From: Thalia democratica
Taxonomy: Eukaryota
Direction of reading: 5' to 3'
Assembly: GCA_965202585.1 (NCBI GenBank)
Contig: OZ241829.1
Span: 72,540,001 to 72,604,000, forward strand
Length of the DNA: 64,000 bases
Shown: positions 39,242 to 53,100 of the stretch, one piece after another
How positions within the stretch are numbered: the first letter of the stretch is position 1
How the letters are laid out: every line of letters begins with the position of its first letter
The notes under the pieces: model-generated
Seen by the model: only the letters and a program-made list of their open reading frames with translations
What the model was told of the DNA's origin: nothing
Databases searched by the model: none
Made by a program: the position numbers and the translations under genes

Positions 39242-39680
39242 TGTCTAGGCTAGGGGTGGGGAACGTTTTTAACCGGCGGCACGGATCCGGAAAATTTAAG
39301 TCTTTTGGTTGTCGGAGCATTTCGAATAAGTGATTTACCAGATACAGGATCCACCAGGATAACGCTTTTGACGCTCATTAATGACGTCATTGGTGTTAAA
39401 GCAGCGAGGTGTAAATAATCTAGTTAGTATATTTAACAAGCATTTGTTCAACTTGATTTAATTTATTACAATTGTATAATTATCAATATAAAAAAGTGTA
39501 TATAAAACATTTAAATTCTTTATTCAGCCACCTAACTTGTTGTAAATCGAAAGACTTTTAAAAAGCATTATTAAAAATAGTGTCGCTTGCCTTACTATCT
39601 TCTATCTAGCTTTTTATGCTAATAAAAAGTTCTTAAACAAGCTCAAAGGACCACTTTTCCATTCGTTTAACAAACAAAGG
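39242..39680 (+). pseudogene. Array exon-like blocks 'B' (39242-39422) and 'B2' (39528-39680); B copies 33911-34078, 43240-43404, 62369-62556; absent from the copy at 49.7-57 kb
   Basis: ACAG|TGTCTAGG...CT(G/A)|GTTAGT boundaries. Consensus translation approximately CLG*GWATFLTGGADPENLSLLVVGAFRISDL...DPPG*RFWRSLMTSSVLKQRGVNNL, then PPNLL*IESLLKSIIKNSVACLTSSVFNLAFYIKKDLINNLKG. Copies differ by indels. Confidence 0.5.
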
Positions 39681-40557
39681 GTAAAAAAACTATGTACTAT
39701 TTGTATTTAAATTTCTGTAAAGCTTAATGTTAGAAAATATACAAGTGCTTAAATTGTGTGGTATTTTGTTAATAGTTCGAAACTAATTTCGCTAATTAAA
39801 TAGAAAAATGTAACAACGGCTATTTAAATTTCAGTTAGTTTTTTACTTTTATTGTTGTTAAGCACTTTTTAAGTTTCCAATTTTATTGTAATTTTTACCG
39901 TTTCAACAAGTTTTAAAAACTCATTTTCATATTCACACACACGGTAGTAGTATAAGAATAACATAGTTATGACTCCCTTTAATCGCCCTATTACTATTTT
40001 ATTGCCCTTCACGAGTTTATATTTTCTAATATATTTCTAGTTAATATATTCTTTAACTTGTTATCTACTAATTAACTCTTCTGCAACTCACTAGTTATTG
40101 CCTTCTGATAACCGAAATCGACTTAAGGTAGCGATATCACCTACTTTAGAAACTGTAGTACAAACAATTTCATACATTTTACTATTACATATTGTATCAT
40201 CTTTTTATTTGTAATTTGATAGTAATTTAATCAGCTTTTAGTGAAAATATTTTTTTTTGTTTTCAGTTTAAGCAGTATGACCCACTTTAGAAACTGTATT
40301 ACAATTGATTGATAGATAAATTAAGATTGATTGTTCGATAAATTATCGTTTTAATTTATTTATATTGCTATTTAAAATAAAAGCATCGTTAATTAAAAAG
40401 TAGCTCGTCTACTTTTTCATTAACCAATTTAGCGAAAATGCTGCAAGATATTTTTTCTTAATTAAAACAAATTAATGATCTACATACCTTAAATGACATT
40501 AGCAATAAACAGACTTATTAGAAAATACATATTTAAACATTTTTTCCAACTTTGTAG

Positions 40558-40586
40558 ATATCCGGCAATGAAAAAAACTTAAAGGG
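40558..40586 (+). pseudogene. Array 29-nt microexon-like block (copies 56407-56435, 63692-63720, 31224-31251); deleted in the copies at 36.8 and 49.1 kb
   Basis: CCAACTTTGTAG|ATATCCGGCAATGAAAAAAACTTAAAGGG|GTTAAGT; reads ISGNEKNLK, with synonymous TCC/TCT and GGC/GGT between copies. Confidence 0.4.
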
Positions 40587-43500
40587 GTTAAGTATTAAAA
40601 TAACTAATAAAGGTATCAACAGAGTATGAATCTTAATTAATTTTTAATGTATTTATCGAATAATAAACCATTGCTTTATACGACAGTTGTTAAATAGTTG
40701 TACTCTGTGGTTTCAGGTGCTTCTGATTGAAAATAATTAAATTCGGTTTAATTTAAGCTTTTATTTGTAAAACAATTTTATTAATTTACTAATTATATGT
40801 TTGAGTACAATTGTGTTGGAATAGAGGGCTATGTCTTATAAAAATACTGCTGTATCATTTTTAGCCTTATTTGCAAAATTTATTTGTAGGTAAAAAATCT
40901 AAAATATTTCTGCAGAAGCCCACTTTTGAAACAGATAGAATCTTATCAGAGTTGATTTGTTTTATCAACTAATCCAAACTTTACTGGGGTTGCTAAATTA
41001 AACATTTTTAAGTATAATGCCTACGTACGACTTATAATTTAGGTATATAAAACAGTCAAGACTATAAAAATCCTAAGAGTAATTTTTTTTACCTTTAAAC
41101 TATAAGGCAAACACAGTCGTTTTAAAATAACTTGTACAAGTATTACATAACAACTTAATTAAAAACTTATCTGTCTCACGTTATTTACTTATTAACTAGT
41201 ATAACTTACTATATATTTTTTTTAACTTATGTTCATTTTTTGCTTAAATTTTTAAAAAGGACAGTTTGTTTTACATGCTATTATTAAAACATTGTATTTA
41301 ATACTTAAAATGATAAAACGTAACCTAAAACTGAAAAAGATTTATCATTTCAATTGCAAATTAAGCACTATAAGTAATCGAACCATGAAACGATTCTCTC
41401 AACTTCCACGCGTCATCAATTTGCTCTCGTGTAAAACTACGTCACAACAAATTATCACGAACGCTCTCTCGATAATTTTACAATTTAATCTCCGGCAGCC
41501 GCGTCCGTAACAATATGTTTCCATCGAAACGGCGGCGGCATTGTTGTACAATTTGAAAGTCGTTCAAACGCGACTATAAATCATATCATTTAGAAACTCT
41601 GCTAGAAGAATTGATGTGGTTGTGTGACGTAATAAACAGCTTTTGCTTGTAAAGCCGAAGTTTTGTTACGTCACGAAAGGCTTTTTTTACTAAAGCTGAA
41701 GCAGCATTTGTTGCTAAAACTTCAACTTATTTACGCTTGAACATAGTCGCCATCTTTTTTTACGTTTAAGCTCATGTCTTATAAATCGTTTTTGCAATTT
41801 TTTTTTCAATAATTAAATGTAGCATGTAATTAAAAGATTATGTTAATAAGAGTTGTAAAATTAAACGAAAGGTTTGAATACAATTCCTTATCAAAAAATT
41901 CTTAAACTTTATAGTATTGAGTTCGAGAATTTGTAACAGTGTTTGCTTATATTACATTAAAAAACGAATTGATTTTACTACAAAAAAAATTGAAATTTAA
42001 ATAAAATAATAAAAATGTTGTGGTTAATTGATGATTACCTAAATATTAATATATGTTGATGAACTATAAAACTTGTGACTTATAGTTCAACCACTGTCGC
42101 AAATAACTTTCTTAGTGGTTGTTTTAAACATTATTAAATTTTATATTTATTTATTATAAAATTAAAAATCAACAAAACTTTTTTAAACTAACTTTTTTAG
42201 CCAAAGTAACTTGAATTGAATCAGTGGAGTTTGGATACAACAAAAGAAGTATTCACATTCTGGTTAGTTATGAATTATTATTTCAAATACAGTAGCTGAT
42301 GTCAATTTTTTTTTAATAAATATGCAGTAAAAAGTGTGTAAATTTTCCAACAAAAGTTATGTTTCAGCTTTAAGAATCAAATTGAAATCATACTTATGTT
42401 CTTTTAATGAGATATTGTAAGACTTTTAATTCGGAAAATTTGTGATTTAATTTATTTTCAGTATTTAATATCTATGTCCCTACTGCAGTTAGTCACATTA
42501 AAAATAAAATAATGTCAAAATTTCTATTTTCTATATGTGGTGAATAATAACAGTTAAGTTTTTTTATCAATTGAAATATATTCAACTTCATTAAATTTAA
42601 ATTCAGCGATCCATAAAAAGCTTTATCTAAGTTTTACACGTTTAGAAACATTTTCACATGACGTTAAGAAATATCATAAAATAACTTTCTTTCATAATAC
42701 TTTAATTGACTAACTTACATTCAACTAATTAACTTTCAAAGAGCAGTTAAGAATATGGTTCTTACATTAACTTCTAAAAATTGTCCTTGTGTTAATTAAT
42801 AACCATTTTAATGAGGTTAAAGGCAGCAAAAATATTCTGGTATTTTCAAATTTAAAATATTACAGCAAATACTACGTGTTTAAACTTTACGAAGTGGCTA
42901 AACGTGTAATCTGAAAAAACCTAAAAAGTCAGTTTAGTTTCTGAGGTGACTAATTTTTATTTTTTGCTAAAACTTTGTTGTTACTTATAACTCAAAACAT
43001 GAATATAAGTATCAGACCCATTTAACTAACTTTAAAAAATTTTAATTGATTAAGTATAGATGATATAGACAATATACCAAATTTAATAAATTCTACCAGT
43101 AATTTTTTAAGTGTTGATTATGACAACCTTTTAACGAAAACTTTTTTTGGGAGTTCAGTTAGGTGCAACAAAAGTTTACTTTGTTGTTTGAAACTGTTAA
43201 ACGATTGAGCAACATAACTCTTGTTGAATATACCAAGAGTGTCTAGGCTAGGGATGGGCAACGTTTTTAACCGGCGGCGCGGATCCGTATAATTTAAGTC
43301 TTTTGGTTGCCGGAGCATTTCGAATAAGTGATTTACTAGGATAACGATTTTGACGCTCATTAATGACGTTATCGGTGTTAAAGCAGCGAGGTGTAAATCA
43401 TCTGGTTAGTATATTCAACATGCAATTGTGCTTTTGAATTTAATTTAATATAACTGTTTAACTAGCAATATAAAAAAGTGTATATAAAATATTTCAACTC

Positions 43501-44539
43501 TTTATTTAGCTCCCTAACTTGTTGTAAATCGAAAGTCTTTTAAAAAGCATCATTAGAAACAGTGTCGCTTGCCTTACTAGCAGTGTCTCCAATATAACTT
43601 TTTATATTAAGAAAGACCTCATAAACAACCTGATAGTACTTCTTTTTTTTTAATCGTTTAACAAACAAAGCATAACAAATTTATGTAGTATATATATTTA
43701 AATTTCTGTAAAGCTTAATGCTATAATATGCAAGTAGTTAAGTTGTGTACTATTTTGTTAATAGTTAAAAACTAATTTTGCTAGTTAAAAAGAAAAATAC
43801 AACAATGAATATTGTATCTCAGTTTGTTTTATACTTTTATTGTTGCAAAGCACTTTTTAAGTTTCAAATTTTGTTGTCCTTTTTAACTTTTTTAAAGTTT
43901 TGAATAACTCATTCTCATATTCACACACACGGTAGAAGTATAAGAGTAACATGATTATGACTCCCTTTAAAATAAATTGCCCCATCACTGTTTTATTACC
44001 CTTTACGAGTTTATAATTTCTTTTACTTGTTAAATACTAATTAATTTTTCAGCTTAGAATCATTTTAATTTTTTGAAACATTAAAAAATAACATTGAAGA
44101 CTTAGTGAGTTTAAAATGCTTTTATGAAGGCTTTTATAATTTTTCTATAAAAACTTAAAAATATTGAGAAACAACCTCTTGGCTAAAATTTCAAAACAAT
44201 ATACCACAGAAATAACAATAAAATGTATGTATTTGGAGGCAGGTATAGCTGAAATAAGTTATTAAAATACTAATAGTCAATTTTTTTTTAAGTCTTTCAG
44301 AACTCGTTAAACAATTATGACGTCGTAAAAGGGAAAAAACTAAAAATTCACTCGAAAAAAACCCGGTAACCCAGAACTAATTATTTGAATATTGAAATTA
44401 AACTTGCACAAACTTCAAATTTTAAGCTTGGTATGAAGCTCTTAATGTATAATATATTTGCTTAATGGCTACTAACTTTTTGTTTCTAAGTCGCTAGTCC
44501 ATCAGAGCAATAATTTATTTAAGTTGTAAAGCCAAGATG

Positions 44540-45560
44540 CGTAAAAATCCTTTAAATTTTTTTTTACGGTTTCCTTGCTGAACATTAGACATATAATAAT
44601 GCTTTACATGGAGTAAAAACGTTTCATTTTGATATTTATAGCCTTGTACGACGTTAAGGTCTATTATTTTTTGGCATCATGAAACTAACCTAACAAAATA
44701 TGTTGAGTATTACCTATTATAAAATGCTTTTGTTTTACTGATCTAAAAATATTTTATCTAAAGTATTTAAACAGCCAGAAAATAAGCAGCGATGACTTCT
44801 TCAACTGGGCAATGACGTCACCAGAAAAATGAATCACCAGTGAGATTCTCTGGTTAGTTCAATATATTTTTAAACTTCATTTATTAAAAACACAGTAAGC
44901 AAACGGGGAAAGTGGTTAAAAAAAAATTTCAATAATGAATTTTTGTGTGACTGTCTAACAAGTTGAAAAATAAAAATTGACTTTAAAATGTTGAATACCT
45001 AACCAAAAGCATCTTAAAAATTATTTAAACTTTAAAATGAGTTATTATTGTTTGCACTATACAAAATCGTTTAAAATTAGTTTCACGATTCTCTTGCTTA
45101 AAATTATACATTAAAAATGATTTACATGGAATAAAAACTTTATATTTTGATATTGATAGTCTTGTACGACAAAACTATACATTAAGGTCTATAACTTTTT
45201 GTCATTATGAAAATAACATGACAACATTTGTTTAGTAATCACCTATTAGAATGCTTTTGTTTTACTGATCTAAAAAGATTTTATCTAAAGTATTTTAACA
45301 GCCAGAAAGAATAAGCAGCGATGACTTACTGAACTGGGCAATGACGTCACCAGAAAAATGAATCACCAGTAAGATGCTCTGGTTAGTTTAACATACTTTT
45401 TAAACTTGCTTGTTTAAAATGTAATGAATAAGTGGGTAAGTAATTAAAAAATATAATAATGACATTTTATGTGGCAGTCTAACAAGTCAAACAATAAAAA
45501 TTAACTTTAAAAAATTACTTTGAATTGTTTCTTACCTCACCAAAAGCATGTTATGAAATT
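44540..45560. repeat. Internal ~530-bp duplication within one array unit
   Basis: The GGGCAATGACGTCACCAGAAAAATGAATCACCAG block occurs twice (TGACGTCA at 44813 and 45342) with duplicated flanks. It is single in the 35.5-kb copy. Confidence 0.85.
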
Positions 45561-46759
45561 TTATAATAACAAACTAATTATCTTTAAGATAGCACAGTAT
45601 AACTCGTTTATTTTGATTTATTAATTTATATAAACTATGCATTCTTTACATCAAGTTATGTCTAATTTTAAGCAAAATATTATTTACTAATATTTTTCAT
45701 GAGTCATTTTTGTTTACTAATAAATATTCATAAATTAAAAAATGACAATAAATAACTTTAAATCCTTATAGAAATATGTTATATATTATATTTTAAGAAA
45801 TACTCTTTGTTAACCTATCTTACACTTTTCTGTATAACATAATTTATGTTGATAGAAGTTTTATAAATGAAGCATTTTTGTTGCCATAGTCTTTTAACTA
45901 AATGCATTTTGATTAACTTTTCCTATTTTTAAGATTATATTGTCAGCGTATTTTCTAAGCTAAATATGGTTTATGAAATTTCTTTTGCATAACTACAAAT
46001 AAGTATGCTTATAAAAGTTACTAAATTCGAGTATTTAGCTTAGAAACAATTAATTTTTTTTAAATACTACGATACCACAGTTGATGAAAAATTAGCTGAA
46101 TCGTAGAAATTTTCAATAAGGTAATTATTAATTTTCTTTAAAAATATGAAACGTTTGAAAAATGACTTTCATGTAGTAATTAAAAAATTACTAAAAAAAA
46201 TTATAGTCATGATTATCTTAAATTAAATTTAGAAAAAAGCAGGGTTTGTTTAAGATACTTTTCATTTTATTTTATTATCTTAACTTCATACAAAAAAAAA
46301 CATCTTAAATCTTAATATACTTAAGAGATAGTCATATATATCACTTAGTTCTCTAAAATTAATTAGCATAAGCTAATATGGGCTTTAGAAATTTTCTTTT
46401 TTTTCTATAAAATTAAAGCTTGTTATAATAAAAAGCTCAAAACTGCGTTATCTTTTTCATACAATTTAGAAAAAGTTCTGAATTGAAATGCTCAATTTTA
46501 GTGATTAAAACTATCAAAAACATTTTCACCAATTGTTACTAAGCTGACAATGTTTGATATAATACAATCTTTAAAGTTTTAAGTAATAGCGATAGTTTTT
46601 TAAACTCTTTTAAAAAGAAAACTTAATTTTTTGTAACACTTTGTTAATAAAAGCTTTAAAGATTCTTTTAGGTGAAACAGTGTCAGCTGAATAACAATCT
46701 TTTTATAATTTATATGTTTTAAAAGTTGCTTTTTTAGTTTCAAGTTAAAATGCTTGTAG

Positions 46760-47164
46760 ATCAAGAAAAACTATGTACGAATTTTAAATACATTAGGTTA
46801 TAGTTTATTTATACTATAAATAATCTTTTAAAGAAGTTTAACATTAAAAAAATTGTTTGATTATTTATAGTTATTTTTTTAAAGTTTTTCTACTTTTATG
46901 ACAACATATTGACAAAAATAATAAAAGTTTAAATAAAAAAGATTATCTAATTTAACCTTAATAGAAAGCCGTCAATTGAAAATACCATTTACTATAAAAT
47001 ATTTTGTAAATGTTTTGTAAAATTTTCAATTCTAAAACTTTCAACTTTGAGGTAGTTTTCAAATCGTTTTAATTTTTTTTGTAAAGTGGAGAAACACCTC
47101 TGTGAAACTCGAAGAACTTATTTCTATTTGTACCTTACCTGTCATGCTAAACCTAACTATAAAG
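46760..47164 (+). pseudogene. Array exon-like blocks in the long-unit-only segment (46760-46796 and 47087-47164; second copies near 54000-54036 and 54321)
   Basis: TTGTAG|ATCAAG...ATTAG|GTTATAG reads (D)QEKLCTNFKYI. AAG|TGGAG...AAAG|GTTAGG reads EKHLCETRRTYFYLYLTCHAKPNYK (78 nt, symmetric phase). Confidence 0.4.
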
Positions 47165-50100
47165 GTTAGGCAAATTAACTTATCTGACAGATGCTAAATT
47201 TTAGGCAAATTAAGACTTCAGCTTTAAATGAATTTAGAAAGTGTAGTTGATATTTGATAAATTATATTCGCATTCAAATAGATACCTTTAATATATCAGG
47301 AAATATATAATCATATATTAAAAATTATGTTTAAGTTAAATCAAGCAATATGTGACTTAGTGATAACTTAAAAGATACTTACTAGTTAAAACAATATAAA
47401 AATTTTATATAACATTTAATACATTTTTAGTAGTAATTTAATTTATACTAATTTCACTTATACGTTTAGAAAACAAAGCTATACGAACTGAATTAAAATT
47501 GGAAAATTCTGTGTAATTAGAATTAAACTAGTAAAAATATTTTACTAAAAAACTAACAAAGACATAAGTAGATGTTAAAACTGAGGGTACTCTCTTTTGC
47601 ATGTACTTCTATTAAATTCATAGTGTTATATCTGTAATAAGTTTTACCCTTTATATTAATTTAGTAAATCACTTAAACATGATTAATTGTGTACTAAAAT
47701 TATTTCAAAAACAAAACTAATTTTGTTTAATTACATACTAATTTACTAAGTTTGAACTTGTGAAAAAATGAAGCCAAACTGACTTTATGTAAAGTTGACC
47801 CATTACCTAAACAAATAAAATCTCTCAACAATTATTTTTTATCTGTGGTGTAGCTTGTACATAATTTTGAAAATTGTTGTCTTTGTAAATTTGTAGATTT
47901 TTGTTCACCACTCCTCATTTCATTACTTTTACTTAATTTTCTTTTTTTTCACTGTATTATATATCTAAATATTTAAGAACGGTAAGCAATCAGTTTTATT
48001 AAATGCTAAATCATTTTATTGAGAACTGTTTAATAGCTTAAAACAAAAAAAAAACATTTGGTTACTGTTTAGCTTACATATTAATAGTTTTGAGTTATAC
48101 TTTTGAAAATAAAAATATTCATTTTTAAAGCTATACAAGTTATTGAGTTCAGCATTGTTATCAACATTAAATTTTGTCTTAATTTTATAACAATATTCAA
48201 CATTTTACTAAGATTCACATTAATGAGGTCATACACTATACTAAATTATTTTTGTTTTACGATTTAATTGCTAACTATAGTAATTTTTTTACAATAAAAA
48301 AAACGCGCTCGAGAATTAAGTCTAACGAACTTTCGATTATTGAGTTGTATATTTAAATTATAAAACACTTGGTAAGACTAACAACACATGATGAGCAAAT
48401 TTCGATTAGGTGTTTCGTTTGGTCTGAACCTCTTAAATTTGCGCTATACAAGTCTTTGCAGCATATAAAGCTTTGATTGAAAAACTCGTTTATGATTAAA
48501 CAATACTTTGCTTTCAAAGGTGAAACAGCTGAAAAATTTTCAGATAAAACTGAAAATCTCAAAGAACCTTACGCTTAGACTTAACTACCATCTTTATGAA
48601 CTGAAATGGTATAAATTTATGCTTTTTTATATCTTTAGTATTCAATAAATGCAAAATATAAACTTCAAAAAAAATGTTAAAAACAATTTAAATGGTAAAT
48701 TACAACTGCTATATGTAAAACGAAACTTTTAGTAACAAATTCAAATCCATTTTCTCACTGGTTTTAAAGCTCTTTAATGCTTTGTTCTGTAACAACTCAT
48801 AAATAATAATATTTATCTTCTAATCAAAAAATCAAATTAGTAAAAAAAACTAACAATTTATAAAAAAGGTTTATTTTATTCTAAAAATTTATATTGATAG
48901 ACATGGCTATTTAATAAATTATCGTTTAAATTTATTTATATTGCTATTTAAAATAAAAACATCAATAGCTCGTCTACTTTTTCATTAACCAATTTAGCAT
49001 AAAAGCTGCAAGATTTTTATTCTTAAAAACACATTTAGTGATTTACATACCTTAAATGACATAAACAATAAACATACTTATTAAAAAATACGTATTTTAA
49101 CATTTTTTACAACTTTATAGATAAAATACCGCTGTATCATTTTTAGCCTTATTCGAAAAATTTATTAGAAGCTAAACAATCTAAAACCTTTCTGCTGCAG
49201 CCCACCTGTAAAACAGCTAGAATCTTATCAGATTTGATTCGTTTTATCAACAATAATCCAAACTTTACCGGGGTTGCTCAATTAAACATTATGAAATATA
49301 ATGCTTACGTACGATTTATAATTTAGGTATATAAAACAGTCCAAGACTATAAACATCCTAATAGCAATTTTTTAATTTATTTTACCTTGAAACTATAAGG
49401 CAAAGACAGTCAGTTTAAAATAACTTGTACAAGTATTACATAACAACTTAATTAAAAACTTATCTGTGTCACGTTACTTACTTATTAACTAATATAACTT
49501 ACTATATAATTTTTTAACTTATGTTCATTATTTGTTTAAGTTTTTGATAAGGACAGTTTGTTCTACATGTTATTATTAAAACATTGTATTCAATACTTAA
49601 AATGATAAAACGTAACCTAAAACGGAAAAAAGATTTATCATTTCAATTGCAAATTAAGCACTTTAAGTAATCGAACCATGAAACGATTATCTCAACTTTC
49701 ACGCGTCATCAACTTTCTCTCGTGTATAACTACGTCACGACAAATTATCACGAACGCTCTCTCGATAACTTTACAATTTAGTCTCCGGTAGCTGCGCACG
49801 TTACTAACCGTTTCCAGCGAAATGGCAGTGATTTTGCTTCAATTTGCTAGTCGTTCAAACACGACTATAAATCATATCATTTAGAAAATTGGCTGGAAGA
49901 AGTGATGTTGTTGTGTGACGTAACAAACAGCTTTCGCTTGCAAAGCCGAAGTTTTGTTACGTCACAAAAGGCTTTTGCTACTAAAGCTGAAGCAGCATTT
50001 GTAGCTAAAACTTCAACTTATTTACGCTTGAACACAGTCGCCATCTTTTTTACGTTTAAGCTCATGTCTTATAAATCGTTTTTGCAATTTTATTTTCAAT

Positions 50101-53100
50101 AATATAATGTAGCATGTAACTCGAAAATTATTTTAATAAGAGTTGCAAAATTAAACGAAAGGTTTGAATACAATTCCTTATCAAAAGATTCTTAAACTCT
50201 ATAGTCTTGAGTTCGAGAATTTATAACAGTATTTGCTTATATTACAAACAAAAAACGAATTGATTTTACTATAAAAACAAAAAACTTTAATAAAATAATA
50301 AATATGTTGTGCTTAATTGATGATTACCTAAATATTAAAATATGTTTATGAACTATAAAACTTTTAAATCTTACTTAAAAACTTGTAACTTATTGTTCAA
50401 CCACTGTCGCAAATAACTTTCTTAGTGGTTGTTTTAAACATTGTTAAATTTTATATTTATTTAATATAAAATTAAAAACAACAAAACTTTGTTAAAATAA
50501 CTTTTTTAGCCGAAGTAACTTGAATTGAATCAGTGGAGTTTTGATACAACAAAAAAAGTATTCACTTTCTGGTTAGTTACGAATTATTATTTTAAATACA
50601 GTAGCTGATGTCAATTTTGTTTAAATAAAAATGCAGTCAAAAATGTGTAAATTTTCCAACAAAAGTTTTGTTTCAGCTTTAAGAATCACATTAAAATCAT
50701 ACTTATGTTCTTTTAATAAGATATTGTAAAACTTTTAACTCGGAAAATTTGTGATTTAATTTATTTTCAGTAATTAATATCAATGTCCCTACTGTAGTTA
50801 GTCACATTTCAAAAAAGAAATAATGTCAAACTTTCTATTTTCTATATGTGGTGAATAATGACAGTTAAGTTTTCTTATCAATAAAATATGTTCAACTTCA
50901 TTAAATTTAAAATCAGTGATCCATGAAAAGCTCTATCTAATTTTTACACGTTTACAAACAATTTCACTTGACGTCAAAAAGTATCATCAGTAACTTTCTT
51001 TCATAATACTTTAATTTACTGAATTACATTTAATTAATTAACTTACATAGAGCAGTTTAGAATATGGTATCTTACTTTCACTTCTGAAAATTGTCCTTGT
51101 GGAACTTAAATACAATAAATATAACTAAAATCTAGTTAAAATGAGGTTGAAGATGACTTAATCTGTTAACTAAAAAAAGTTATGTACTAATTGTATTCAA
51201 ATTAATGTAAAGCTTAAAGTTAAAAAGTAAACAAGTACTTAAATTGTGTACTGTTTTGTTAACATTTCGAAACTAATTTCGCTAATTTAAAAGAAAAATA
51301 TAACAACGGCTATTTTATTTTCAGTTAGTTTTATACTTTCATTGTTGTTAAGCACTTTTTAAGTTTCTAATTTTATTGTCCGTTTTAACGTTTTACCAAG
51401 TTTGAAATAACTCATTCTATATTCACCCATAGTAGAAGTATAAAAAAAACATCTTTATCACTCCCTTTAAATTATATTTCTCACTACTATTTTATCACCC
51501 TTCACAAATTTACTCGTTTTTAATTTTCATATACTAATTAACTTTTTCTGCAACTCACTAGTTATTGCCTTCAGATAACCAAATCAACTACAGGTAGCGA
51601 TATAACCACTTTAAAAGCAGTGGTACAAAAGAAAATTCATACATTTTACTATTTTATATTGTATCAACTTTTTTTTTGTAGTTTGATAATATTTAATCAG
51701 CTTTTAGTTTAACAATTTTTGTTTATTTGTTTCAAATTCAAGCGATATGACCCTCTTGAGAGAAATATTAAAAAGATTAAAAAGGCATAATAAACTCTTG
51801 GTAAAAATTTAATGAGTTACTAACTATTAAAAGGTAGATTTTTAATAAATGCTGCTCATAAACCTTAATATTTTCTAAATTCAGGTTTTCAGCTTAAAAA
51901 CATTTTAATTTTTTGAAACATCGTAAAATAATTTTTTTTGAAGACTTAGACTAAAATGCTTATATGAAGGCTTTTATCACTTTTCTTAAATACACGAAAA
52001 TATTGAGAAATAGTGTTTTAGCTGAATTTTCAAAACAATATATCACAAGAATAACGATGAAATGTTTGTATTTAAAGGCGGGTAATGCTTAAATAAGTTT
52101 TTAAAATTCTATTATGTAGTCTAACTTTTTAGAAGTATTTTAGAATTCGTTAAACAATTATGACGTCATAAATGGAAAAAAAAAACTAAAAAATCTATCA
52201 AAAAACACCCAATGGGCCAAAACTTATAATTTGAAATCAAACTTGCACAACTTCTGCTGTAAACTTTATATTTTAAGCTTGGTCTGAATACTCTGAATGC
52301 AATAATATTTGCTTATTAGCTACTAACCTTTTTTTCTAAGTCGCTGGTCCATCAGAGCAAAAATTTATTTAAGTTGTAAAGTCAAGATGCGTAGGGAACA
52401 CAAAATCGTTTAAAATTAGTTTTACAATTCTCTTGCTCAAAATTATACATATAAAAACGATTGACATGGAATAAAAACTTTTTATTTTGACATTGATAGT
52501 CTTCTACGACAAAACTATACATTAAGGTCTATTACTTTTTGTTATTTTGAAATTAACGTAACTAAATTTGTTGAGTATTACCTATTATAAAATGCTTTTG
52601 TTTTACTGATCTAAAACGGTTACATCTAAACTATTTCAAGAGCCAGAAGTGAGTAAGTAATTAAAAAAATATATAATAATGACATTTTTTTAAATTTTGC
52701 TTATTTAATGTGTAATGAATAAGTGGGGAAAGTGGTTAACAAAAATTACAATAATAAAATTTTGTGTGGCTTTCTTACAAGTTGAAAAATAAGAATTAAC
52801 TTTTAAAATTACTTCAAATTGTTTCTTACCTCACCAAAAGCATCTTAAAAAATTTTATGATAACAATTTTAAGAAACTAATAATCTTTAAGATAGCACAG
52901 TATAACTCGTTTATTTTACTTTTTAAAATTGTAAAAACTAAGCAAACATTTTATCAAATTATGTTTAACTCTAAGCAAAATATTATTTACTTATATATTT
53001 CATGAGTGACTCTTACTTAGTAATAAATATTCATAGATTTTAAAATGACAATAAATAACTTTAAACCCTCATAACATTATGTTATATATTGTATTTTAAC

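Noticed and set aside
39249-39270. CTAGGG(G/A)TGGG(G/C)AAC in block B as a hAT terminal repeat
   Set aside because: No matching opposite end or TSD in any copy, and it lies within a splice-bounded block.
43118-43404. Minus-strand coding reading of block B (ORF 43118-43360, or LFTPRCFNTDDVINERQKR with a furin-like site)
   Set aside because: It is not kept in frame across copies. The plus strand has both acceptor and donor, consistent with neighbouring blocks. Not fully excluded without RNA data.
41292-50102. ORFs 41292-41510 and 49902-50102 as genes
   Set aside because: They overlie the CpG-rich module, where copies differ by many frame-breaking indels, so they are most likely incidental.
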